A stretch of DNA of 64,000 bases from Pecten maximus (lineage: Eukaryota): positions 15,748,001 to 15,812,000 of the forward strand of contig NC_047019.1 of NCBI RefSeq assembly GCF_902652985.1. The letters are read 5' to 3'. The position numbers were made by a program, and so were the translations under genes. The notes under the pieces are model-generated. The model had not been told where the DNA came from and searched no databases. It worked only from the letters and a program-made list of their open reading frames with translations. Each line of letters opens with the position of its first letter. The stretch's first letter is position 1. This document shows, in pieces, positions 41,446 to 52,765 of this stretch.

Positions 41446-42959
41446 TTTATTTCAGAAATATTTTATTAACAATACAAATATAAATAACTACAAAGTATTG
41501 TCAAAAGAATAAGACAACAGGCGCAATGCCTATATCAGTCTTCTTCTATTACTTCCGGTTAGGTTTGGTAGAAAGATGATATGTTTCCCTTTATTATTTC
41601 TACAGAAATTATATATCATTACATGTATAGTATCTAATTCAAAAAGGGATTACTGTAAGGAATTATATGTTCATCATGAAATTAAATAGAATAGGTGTTA
41701 TAATTATAGAGATAACTACTATTCAAAATTACTTAGTAAGAAAACAAAACTATTATTTGATAAAGTGAAGACACAACATATTTCCACCAAGCCTAAAATG
41801 AAAAGTTATATGTAATGTAATAAACAACAATAACTCACTCACACACATTCATTCATACTTTCATACTAGAATGTTATAAGGATGAGTATTTAACATAACA
41901 AACTTGCTATAATAGTTGAGTAAATGTATATAATTGTATTACTACTAAAGACAGTATTACATATAGTTTCTTATTTATACACAGAAAAACGTTTTGAGGA
42001 TTTAATATATAAGTTTACATGATATAGAATAGAGATATTTAAATGATCAGGAGCATTAATGATGCCACACACTAGGCATTGAAGATTTATATAACCTAAC
42101 AAGTTGTAGATGGATAGAATATGGTGCCTAGAATTGGAATACATGGGACATTGAAAGAAAAAATGCACTAAATCTTCACTAGGAGCACCACATACACAGG
42201 ATGGGTTATCAATCAGGTGATCAAAATGTTTATCATAATTAAGGTCACTTTTAAAATTTCTAAGTTGGCATAAAATTATGTTAAGTTGTCTGGGAGCAGA
42301 ATTAATGAAAAGTTCAGAAATAGTTATATCATTAGCAGTTTTTAACTTACATTTAAAAGAAGAAATTGTAATAGAGTCTCTAATGGAAATATCAAGTGAA
42401 TTCCACATAGTCATAGTTGAAGAAAAAAAACTTTTCATGTAGCTATTAGTTCGTGACTATGGTATATTAAATACTCTGTTATTTCTAAAGGTGTATATAT
42501 TGTTTACATTTAAATATGGTTGTATAATATTAGAGAGATACAATGGAGTATAGTTATTAATAATTTTGAACATTAATACAAGTTTATGATTCTGTCTTCT
42601 TTTACTTAAAGGTTCTAGTTGAGTTTCATTATATAAGCTATGGTGAGAAGTACCTCTTCTGAGACCTGTTATTATACGCATGGCTTCCAGTTGAATAGAT
42701 TCAAGAAGATCAGATTCGGCTTGAGTGCAATTGTCCCAAACTACATCAGCATATTCTAATATTGGTCTTATGTATGAAGTATATAAAGTTTTCAAGGTTT
42801 TCCTATCAACTAATTTTTTTAATACACGAAGTAAACTTAATCTAGAGTTAGCTTTTTGATACACATTAGAAATATGGTCCGCCCATGTTCCTTTACTATT
42901 AAAGGTTAGCCCTAAGTGGTTATGAGATTCATTTTGTACAATTAGATTATTATTAAACT
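41446..42959 (-). mobile_element. 5'-truncated CR1/L2-group LINE inserted ~250 bp downstream of the IAP stop codon
   Basis: ORFs 42457-42864 (YIRPILEYADVVWDNC) and 41971-42438 (CVCG..EDLVHFFFQC), an A-rich tail near 41446, and a 10-bp TSD aatccctttt at 41436-41445 and 42960-42969. Confidence 0.88.
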
Positions 42960-44514
42960 AATCCCTTTTAGTTCTTAGAGTAGTGCAAATCCCATTAATA
43001 GGACTTCTATATATTAATGTATGTGGGTAAGATAGCGCAAGTGCGTCTTTATATCTACAATTGAAACAATGATTAAAACTGATATGTTATGAACATCTTC
43101 CTTTGAAGATGACTTCATAACCGCTATTCTGTGTAAGTGGACCCGGAATACGTTTAGATCATCACGCCGTGTTGTCATAGTGGTTGTGTGCTTTACTGTA
43201 CTAAGTACTTCACCCATTTATATCCCGATAGACATAATCATATACAGGTCTCGATGCATCTGACGCATATTAAATGGCCTCATATATTTCAGAATTGATA
43301 TATAAAAAGATATTCCCTAGAAATAACTGTGTTTAATCTATAATCTCAGTATATATTGTAGCATTTCAACGAATTAACTATCCCATGACTTATAATCAAC
43401 AAGATTGTTTTTTTCTGTTTCCATAGATAAGGATTTGGACTTCATCATAACAACAGTCTCTAAAAAACCCTAAAAGTATTTTATAATGCTTTTTTACATA
43501 TGCGTTCGATTGATTGCAATAGTCACTAACAAACTGGAGTTTTCTCCCTTTCGCTGTTATACTGGATATGTGTATTTCATAAAGAGTGTGTGTTTTACCT
43601 GATTTCAATACAATTGTATTTAAGGAATTATAAATAGTTGAAGATGACATCATTACATGTTGTATATCGATTTGATGAAATTATTATCAGGAATAGCGTG
43701 TACTGTTGATAAAATAGTTTACGGCATTCTCATATCCATCCGCTACATAAAATACCAGCTATTTTATTTCATGTAAATGATGCCGCTCATTCCAGCAATC
43801 AAATTCAACAGTTTTTCATGATAAATAGCATATTCTGAGCTTTAATCAATTCACAGAAAAAACAATAATTGGTTAATAAAGTAAATGTAGATAAAATGAT
43901 AAAAGATTAATCATAAAACAAAATACAAGTATACATAAACAATACATTTGTGAACATCACTCAACAGTAAACATGTATATTTTGAACTTTCTATTTTGGA
44001 AAATTAACAAACAAAAATGAAAAAAGATGTTTGATGTCACTTTTCTCTCTATAAACTCATGGGCTACCTGCAGCTAGTAATGTAACGCTACCTAATCCGA
44101 AAATATGAAGACACATATTATTACAATATAATTTCCTTTGTGGAAAAATATGCATAACGTGGAGAAAATAAGATTATATCATACATCATTTTATCAATTT
44201 AGGGTCGACAGCAAGTATTGTAAAGATACCTCATCTAAGGAGATGACGACACACACTATAAAATTATAATTTCATATATGGAAAAAATAAAATAAAATGG
44301 AGAAAATTGGTTGATGTCATACATCAGTCCATCAATTTAGGGGCGGCCGAAAGTATTGTAAAGCTACTTAATCAGAGAAGATGAAGACACGCTATTACAT
44401 TATGGAACTGTCAAACAAAATCCTACGTTGCTGATTAGGTGTTTGAAAAACTCTCAAAATTACTTCAAGAAAAGTAAAAACAAAAAAAATATAAACTGCA
44501 CAGTTTCTTCAGTT

Positions 44515-45591
44515 TCAGACTTTCTTCGCATACATGACGTCATAAGCAGCACCAGATTCTTTATTTTTTGTTTTCTCTAAAGACACATCTCTAAATCCAC
44601 AGGCTTCCAAGGCATTCATGTATCGTCTTTGATCAATATCACCATACCGGAAGAGGCCTATATCTCGCATGCGTATTGAACGTTCGTAGTTCATAGTGGT
44701 AACCATAATGGCATCTGTTTTCATCACACGATGTAGTTCACGTACTGCTTTGTCCAAATCAGGCCAAAAATAGTAAGTGTTACAATGAAAAACACGGTCA
44801 AATTTGTTGGACTCGAAAAAGGATAAATCTGCTACATCACCGAGTATAAGTTTCACTTTTCTGTCGTTGACGTCTTGTCTTACAAGCTTTGTCGCCATGG
44901 TAACCATTTCCTCTGAGAAGTCAACTCCATAAATTTTTCCTTGGCCGCCTACAAAAGATCTAGGCTAAATCAGAAATTGTAATTAACAAATTTCTTATGT
45001 TGATCACAACTTCTTTATGATTGGAGGTCCCATATTATTGTCACATGTGTATATTGTAAACCATTACATTTGAATGAACAACACAAAATGATATACCATC
45101 GTCTTTAAAATTCTGATTATCCATTGAGTGAGTACATGTACTTAATGTGCGTATTATTTCCAAGCAAATTAAAACGACTCTTCCTTTATTTTTTTGTCTC
45201 TATAATCCTGCATGTATAATGATTCAAAATGATAAGCTACGACACAAGTAAATCTTAATATTCAACATTTCCATAAAAAAAAATATTTTGATTATTGATA
45301 TTTGAAGAAACATTTTCAATTGATAAAACAATATGATGTATCCAGGAATGAAGTGTGTTGAATATTTCCGAATAACAATGAAACATCTTTCATGCATTAT
45401 TAAGTATAAAGTTACTTTTTTAAAGGCTTGTTATAAAAATCATCAAGCACGGCACCTTTGACATATTGGCAAGCAGCTTCAATCCCGAGTCCTGGTCCAA
45501 AGCCGACCTCCAACACATGATGATCAGGTTGTATTTCAGACAAGCGCGCCGCTTCTCTCTCTAACATAGCACATTTCTTCACCAAAAATAT
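44515..45591 (-). CDS. Class I SAM-dependent methyltransferase, 3' exons 45591-45456 and 44948-44515; the first coding exon(s) were not located
   Basis: Motif I VLEVGFGPGLG, then GVDFSEEMV, GDVADL..FDRVFHCNTYYFWPD and ELHRVMK. The intron is GT-AG, phase 1. Confidence 0.88.
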
Positions 45592-45915
45592 CTGAAAATA
45601 TAATGCTCAACTTTTCTGATTGCTAGTCCTGAAATAGCTTGAAAATATATGGAAAAGAAACTGAATGGAATCTTTTTTGTTGGATAATTCTGTCAGAAAG
45701 CCTAAAAGTTTCATTCATTTTAGCCACTCAATCTATAATTGTAAGAGTATAAACATTACATCCAGCTAATTACGTATTAATGTGAAAGTGGTCTTAAAGA
45801 GGGTTTATACTGGGATGGACTTGACTGACCTTTGGCCATCAAGAACCGTGCAAATGTATAACACTAAAAATAAAACTTAACAAAGTACATTGTGGAATTT
45901 AATTAGGTATAACAG

Positions 45916-45992
45916 CAATACCTGATGATCAGACCACATTTCACAACAGCATGCCACTTCTCTCTTTTAATACCTTCATTAACCAAATATAA
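45916..45992 (-). pseudogene. Degenerate partial duplicate of the methyltransferase exon 45591-45456
   Basis: Minus strand tttcag|TTATATTTGG..AAGAGAGAAGTGGCATGCTGTTGTGAAATGTGGTCTGATCATCAGGTATTG aligns with tttcag|ATATTTTTGG..GAGAGAGAAGCGGCGCGCTTGTCTGAAATACAACCTGATCATCATGTGTTG. Confidence 0.6.
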
Positions 45993-46209
45993 CTGAAATT
46001 CATCTCCCGTTTCCTATATTTGTATTTACTTATAAAATGGACAAAACTAATTTTATACATAATAAAACTTATGATCGTCAGCTGATAATTCGAATTTACC
46101 TAAAAACACTAGGTATTAGCACATATTAGCATCGTAATAAATTGAGATTTAGATACAGTAGAAAAATAGCATGGATTTGAAAAATGCATCATACAGCTAT
46201 TCAATCTTT

Positions 46210-46380
46210 CTAGGACTCGTCAGTGATGCTAGACATCATCAAGCTGTTTCGTCCTTATAGGATTCGTCAGTGATTCTAGGGACATCATAATACTGTTTCG
46301 CCTGTCTAGGACACGTCAGTGATGTTAGGGACATCATAGACCTGTTTCGTTCTTCTAGTACTCGTCAGGGATGTTAAGGG
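46210..46380. repeat. ~48-bp tandem repeat x ~3.5
   Basis: Recurrent tagga(c/t)tcgtcagtgat..tag..acatcat..ctgtttcg. Confidence 0.75.
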
Positions 46381-46849
46381 CCTAGAATGTTGATACTTAG
46401 GAGGGGACTGAGAAACGCAAAATAGTTCGAAAGAAATGTCTTCCAAATATACAGTATCACTTGCTCGCAGAAACTGTTTGAAAATGTCATAACCTTGATG
46501 AATCTTCACCGTCTTTCCAATGAAAGTGTAACCGAGCCTCTGTAGGTCATTGGCAAATACGTTTACAAAGCTGCACTTCATCTGAAAAAACATTACAGTC
46601 ATATCTTAACTTCAGTCATTGCTTGCATTATGATAAAGGGATGCAACACATCATAAAACGTTCCCTAGATTCACCTTGAGTGTGTCGTCGATGAAACACG
46701 CCTCTATTCAGGAACACCTGGTCGTAATCCATTTTTCCATGGATCTCCATGTAAATCTGTATTTGTATGCTGGCCTCATTTTATAGATTTCGAGTTATAA
46801 TTACGATATCGTTTGAAAGTAAATAGTCTCAGTTGATTTAGTACATATA

Positions 46850-46950
46850 CGATGTAGGTTCAATTCTCAGATCGGACGTGAAAAGGTTTGGGATCATCTA
46901 CTCGACCATGTGGGATATATATGGTACTCCGGTTTCCTCCCACACTAAAA
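46850..46950 (+). mobile_element. V-domain SINE fragment
   Basis: A B-box-like ggttcaattc followed by ggtactccggtttcctcccac, the conserved V-SINE core. Confidence 0.55.
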
Positions 46951-47040
46951 CTCATAGATTAATATCAGTTGGTAGAACTTGTTTGGCGATTGTTTTAAAA
47001 TTAAAGAAGTCAACACCCTAGTTTGAGAATGAGACTTTTC

Positions 47041-47395
47041 CCTTGATTTGTATGGCGGGTGTCGCCGTGACCTAGCTTGATATGGCGGGTGTCGTCGTGA
47101 CCTAGATTTGTATGGCGGGTGTCGTCGTGACCTAGATTTGTATGGCGGGTGTCGCCGTGACCTAGCTTTATATGGCGGGTGTCGTCGTGACCTAGATTTG
47201 TATGACGGGTGTCGTCGTGACCTAGATTTATATGGCCGGTGTCGTCGTGACCTAGATTTGTATGGCGGGTTTCGTCGTGTCCTAGATCTGTAGGCGGGTG
47301 TCGTCGTGACCTAGATTGTATGGCGGGTTTCGTCGTGACCTAGATTTGTGTGGCGGGTTTCGTCGTGTCCTAGATTTGTATTGCGGATGTCGTCG
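47041..47395. repeat. 30-bp GC-rich minisatellite x ~12
   Basis: Unit tatggcgggtgtcgtcgtgacctagatttg. Confidence 0.95.
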
Positions 47396-47550
47396 ATGAA
47401 GCAAAAGACGTATACACGCTTAGTCTTATTCTTCAAATAATTCAGAATGATGTCCATACATGTATGTTCCTTCGTTTTATAAATTAAGTTCGAGTAAGTG
47501 ATACGGTCTCGTTTTAATGTCGGTATTCTCTGTTGTTTAATTAATAATAT

Positions 47551-47798
47551 TGTTACGAAAATATGTGTATTATTAGTCTACTGTTAGTGTTAGATCAGCT
47601 GATTGTAGCTCGCTATCTAAATTGTTGTTTTACTAATTATTTATTAAGTATTTACGCTATTCCTATGTATTATATCTAGGATAGTATCTAAACCTTGTTA
47701 TAACAACAATCGCTAGGTCATATTTACGTCTAAGTATCCTCTAATGCTGTCAGAAGTGATTTAATACGTCCTCTTCTGGGCGCTGACATCTTTGTCTA
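47551..47798 (+). repeat. Gypsy A 5' LTR, left part
   Basis: Matches 60895-~61136 (tgttacgaaaat...ctgacatct). Confidence 0.93.
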
Positions 47799-48203
47799 TA
47801 AAGTAACGTTGCTGTCTTACTACAAGCTAGTTACCTCGCTGTAGAGCACGTGGAATGGTTCACTATGGAAGTCACTGTACATTTAATATGTATATCACCA
47901 CGGGTCGCTGGACAGGTCAGGATAAGGTGATGATATAGCAGTCGAAAACATGTCCAATAGAATATACTGGCTTAGTGTCCTAGCTAAAAGCCCAGAGCAC
48001 TAAGGAAACTGGCACTACTAACGTAGAAAATACTGGCTCCGTTAAAAACAGAGGACGTCTTACACACGTGTGGTCCCGCGGCCGACCAGGTGTGAGCAGA
48101 CGCTTACACGGTTCACGGGGTTGATCTTTATCTGACACGGGCCAGTTGACCGTCACGCACTTCCGGCGTAAACATTCAGGTCAACTCGGCCCGAGACACT
48201 ACA

Positions 48204-50830
48204 TTCCTCCGAACTTTATAATGAAAGTCCTTGATGGTCAGAGGCTTCGTAATGGTAATATAAAGATCTTCCGAGTCCTGATCAAATTCCTATATAAATT
48301 GACTCTGCACACTAAAACCGTTGTGATGAAGTCACTCTGGGTACTACTGGTGTTTGGTTCCTCCAAAATGGAGGAATAAGTAGGGATAAAATCCCTTGCA
48401 GTAAAATCATGGATTAAGGTGTGGATTGTCTCTAATCACACACAACCCTGTAAAATACATGGGTGTAATCCTGACCTTGATGGCAATGATATGATAAAAC
48501 ACACCATCTGAGTTTACAAACTTTTCTATTCCACCAGTAGTACTTAGCTTCTGCGGAGGCTAGAAATAGCTCTCCTTGTCCAGGTTCTGATCCATGCAGT
48601 AGATATTTCCGGAGAAACTGGAGGTCTGTATCTTTTTCTTGTTCATCTTCGAGTTCACGGTAAGTGAACCCCCAACAAGATGGCACATTTCCTAACCTGG
48701 AGCTGGTTGTCTAGAAGCTCATATCGAAACTTGATCTATCCGTGTGATCTGTCATCTTTAAGTCGTCTGTCATGTCTACCACAATCAGGATGTGGATAGT
48801 CAAGGAAAACCGAGGAAGCCCTATTTACCTGATGACTCCCCGGAGTTTGACTCGCAGAAGGTGGTTGGCCAATACAAATGGCCCTGTCATCTTTAAGCCG
48901 ACTGTCATGGCTACCGCAATCAGGGTGTGGATAACTAAGGAAAACCGGAGTAGCCCTATTTACCTGATGACTACCCGGAGTTTGACTTGCAGAAGGGGGT
49001 TGGGTCGAACTGGCATCTTTAAGTCCACTGTCATGGCTACCACAATCAGGGTGAGGATAACCAAGGAAAACCGGAGTAGCCCTATTTACCTGATGACTAC
49101 CCGGAGTTTGACTCTCAGAAGATATTTTACTGGCATGCATGTTCAGGGGACACTCAAGGAAACTGGTAGGCTTATTTTCTATACCGGCAGAGTTACACAC
49201 GGAACCAGCCGTGGCACTTTCGTACGGGCGTTGATCGCTAGCAGGAAGACTGTCATGAGTACCTTGACATGCAAGATAGCTGTCATGTTCACCTGGAGGG
49301 TGAACAAGGTAACTCTAACCACTCAAGAATGAATTGACCCCTGGCATGAGTGTCGAGTTGATTGTCCATTTAGGAGGCTCTATAGGGTTAGAGTCCCCTA
49401 ACCGGCCTTGCGGATTCGCTAATGTGGCCACATTATTGGTACCTATAAGGTACCCCTTATCACCGCAAGTATTACTTCCCGTCAGGGCGGTTACGTCGTC
49501 TACTTCCAGTGAGAATTCGCCCCACTGTCTGTCAGCACGCTTCAAAATAACTGCAGCCTCCACAGGGCAAGTTTTCAGGCTTGATTCCAGCTATGTACGA
49601 TGGGCATGGAGTCAGTTCATCCGGGATTCTGGATAGCGCGTCCGCATTTCCATGTTTGGTTCCGGGTCTGTGCTTCACAATCATATGGTATTGAGAAAGG
49701 TCTTCCATCCATCGTGCAAGCTGTCCCTGCGGCTCCTTAAATCGTAACAGCCATGTTAGACTTGAATGGTCCGTCCTGACGGTAAACTGTCTACCTTAAA
49801 GGTAGTATTTAAACTGTCATGTAAATCTCACAATACTAAGCAGTTCCTTCCGAGTGGTGTAGTATCCTTTGTTCGGTTGTAAGAGGGAAACTGCTAAAAG
49901 CAGTGACTCTCTCAACCCTGTCTTGTACTTGATTCAACACCTCTCCAATTGCTACATCCGAGGCATCTCTAAGATGAATGGATCCTTATTTAGTATCGGG
50001 CAACGCTAAGATGGGAGGTTCTGTCAGCGCCTTCTTCTGTCTCTCGAAGGCCTGTTGCTGTTCCATGTCCCAATGAAATTTGTTCTTTCCTGTGAGATTA
50101 TACAAGGGTTGAGCTAACTCGGCGAAATCCTTGATAAAGGTACGGTGATAATTCACCTATCCGAGAAACCGCTCCATATCTTTAGAGGACGCTGGTAAAG
50201 GGCAATTAGCTACCGTATTGGTGTCTGTTTCCGACATCGCTATTTGGTCCTTCCCGACTATTCCACCTAAAAACTTGACTTCCGGTTGGAAAAGTAGACA
50301 CTTTTTTGGTCATGTTGTCTGAATCTTTCCAACGTTTCTCTCAAATTATCGAGGTGTTCCCTGAAGGTGTGTCCTAATGCTAGGATGTCGTCCAAAAAGA
50401 ACTGTTTTCCAGGGGAGACCCCATAAGACGAGATTCATTGCACGAGAAAATGTGGCGGGAGCGTTAGTCAGACCAAAACCCATACGAACATGTTCGGTAA
50501 TGGAAAGGTGTCCTTAACAGTGACATAATTGAGCGCCCTGTAATCACTACACCAACGCATTGAGCCGTCCTTTTGTCCAACAAATACAGGTGCCGGCGCC
50601 CACTCCGACATGGACTCCTGGATGACACCTGCGTCCAGCATTTTCTTAAGATGCGCCTCCTCCTCCCCGGCTAATGATGCTGGCGTACGCCGCATTCGCT
50701 GTTTTACAGGCTTGGCGTCGCTGGTGTCCACTGCATGCTCAATTTTGTCAAAAATCCCGAGATCAAATTCATTCTTAGCGAAAACGTCCGAATAATGACG
50801 GAGAAGTTCAACTAAGTCCTTATACTGTGG
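48204..50830 (-). pseudogene. Degraded pol (RT-RNaseH-linker-partial IN) of Gypsy B
   Basis: ORF fragments 50468-50731, 49315-49563, 48736-49200 and 48432-48686 (ELEDEQEKDTDL..YYW), with several stops and frameshifts. Confidence 0.85.
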
Positions 50831-51579
50831 AGATGCTCGGGTACCTTTCCAGTATATGACGAGGTTTTATTTTGGTCTGACTCGCCGACATTGCGACTTG
50901 TTATTCTATCATTTGTATGCCTCTGAATAGGTCTGGCGCTTATATCGGAGCGAATAAAATCCGCTGTTTCGGGTTAAAATAACCCCGAACCTCAAAAGCG
51001 TTAACTAGTATTTCCACTTTCTTATTATAATGGTCCTAAAACTGTCGCCTAAATTTACCAAACAAACGACGACTTAGTATTGGCATTACGAGCTGTACGG
51101 GATACTAGAAGATCCAGGTTCCCATTAGACTTACTGGAAAACAATTGGGTTGAATTTGTTTTTATTAAAAAAAAATAGGCATACAATAATCACAAAATTC
51201 CACCGTAAAAAATACTCCGTATTATAAAATAACACTGGAATATGTGGTTAAGAATAATGTTGTGCAATAAAATGATACAAAATTAATCCTCGTATTATAA
51301 AATAACACACGGGAACGGTATCATGAATCTGTGAACCCACGTGACTGCTGGCTGAGGAACAATTCGATAAAATCGTAATTGAAACCACAGAAAAATCAGG
51401 AAAACTGCGCGAAAATTGATAAACACAGGATTAAATGAATAAAGTGCATTAATTTATCAATTTCTAGCCAAGACTTCTGACACCATTAAAGTAACGTTGC
51501 TGTCTTACTACAAGCTAGTTACCTCGCTGTAGAGCACGTGGAATGGTTCACTATGGAAGTCACTGTACATCATGTATAT

Positions 51580-52442
51580 TAGCTGCGATAACGTAGCTCT
51601 GGACGACGGACGGACAATTTCTGACAGATGGTCGTCGTCAGAGCTACGATTCCCTCCCGTTGCTCGTAATGTAGCAAAACAGTGAACCTCGAAAATGCTA
51701 CAAATAGCGGATATCGTTTAATTTTGGAGTAATAGTTCGTATAATTAAACATTTCTAATACAATTTTGCAATGTATTAGCCTACCGTCTAATCTAGAAAT
51801 CTTTAATTCGCATATTCTGATATCTTACTGCTCGGAGTTGTCTCCGTGATCCGCCATGATACTTCTCGAAGAACTCTCGCGAGGATTCTAACCCAAATAT
51901 GGAACCCGTAATCCATATATGGATGAAGCTACTACGATAAATAAATACATAATCAGAGATATTTAACCACTCTTTTGTAACTCTTGTGAAGAAAGCGAAT
52001 CTTACTTTGCGTAATTAAATAATTTCAGAATGAATTGACCTTCCTTACCGAGATATATTACTCCGAATCTGTTTTTCTGTTGAAATCTCGCGTGAAACCT
52101 CATTAGCATCAATTTATTTTGATTTCCTTATAAGGAAATTGACCTTTACACTTGTATCAAAGATGGCGGTATGTTTGAACTGATATCTCCGTGTGTCTTG
52201 CTCGTTTTGGATTTTACTATTTATTGTCAAACATTTGAAGTAATGTGCAGGTTTGTTGCTTGAATATTCATAATAGATACCAGAATCATCAATTTACGTG
52301 TGTTTTTTTATCCGAGAAAAATTTTGCCACTGCTAATACTGCCCGATGTGAATCACATCGGGGCTTGCTACACTATCGGCAATGGGAGGGAATTCATACC
52401 CTGCCGGAGAGCAGTGTAGGCAGGGTATGAATATTCGTTCTA
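51580..52442. mobile_element. Non-autonomous DNA element with TAG...CTA ends and a 9-bp TSD (Academ-like), nested in the Gypsy B 5' LTR
   Basis: Absent from the sister LTR. TSD catgtatat at 51571-51579 and 52443-52451. Subterminal hairpins cgtagctct..gacgac / gtcgtc..agagctacg and ttcataccctgcc / ggcagggtatgaa. Confidence 0.8.
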
Positions 52443-52765
52443 CATGTATATCACCACGGATCGCTGGACAGGTCAGGATAAGGTGATGATATAGCAGTCG
52501 AATACATGTCCAATATAGAATATACCGGCTTAGTGTCCTAGCTAAAAGCCCAGAGCACTAAGGAAACTGGCACTACTTACGTAGAGAATACTGGCTCCGT
52601 AAAAAACGGAGGACGTCTTACACACGTGTGGTCCCGCGGCCGACCAGGTGTGAAGAGACGCTTACACGGTTCACGGGGTTGATCTTTATCCGACACGGGC
52701 CAGTTGACCGTCACGCACTTCCGGCGTAAACAATCAGGTCAACTCGGCCCGAGACACTACATTTA

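Larger units (their letters stand above)
47799..52761 (-). mobile_element. Gypsy LTR retrotransposon B, inverted, nested in the 5' LTR of A; gag-less with degraded pol
   Basis: ~405-bp LTRs at 47799-48203 and 51487-52761 (the latter interrupted), minus-strand PBS TGGTGTCAGAAGT at ~51473-51485, PPT ggaggaa next to 48203, and TSD tcta/ttta. pol remnants include PVKQRMRRTP..W..P..RWCSDYRALN..KDTFPLP, LDDIL and DASD. Confidence 0.92.

Noticed and set aside
46306-46602. 98-aa minus-strand ORF as the methyltransferase N-terminus
   Set aside because: An acceptor is present, but I found no convincing phase-0 donor or homology, and it runs into a tandem repeat; left unresolved.
47041-47395. YGGCRRDLDL repeat ORF or CRISPR array
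   Set aside because: A plain 30-bp tandem repeat with no spacers and no gene context.
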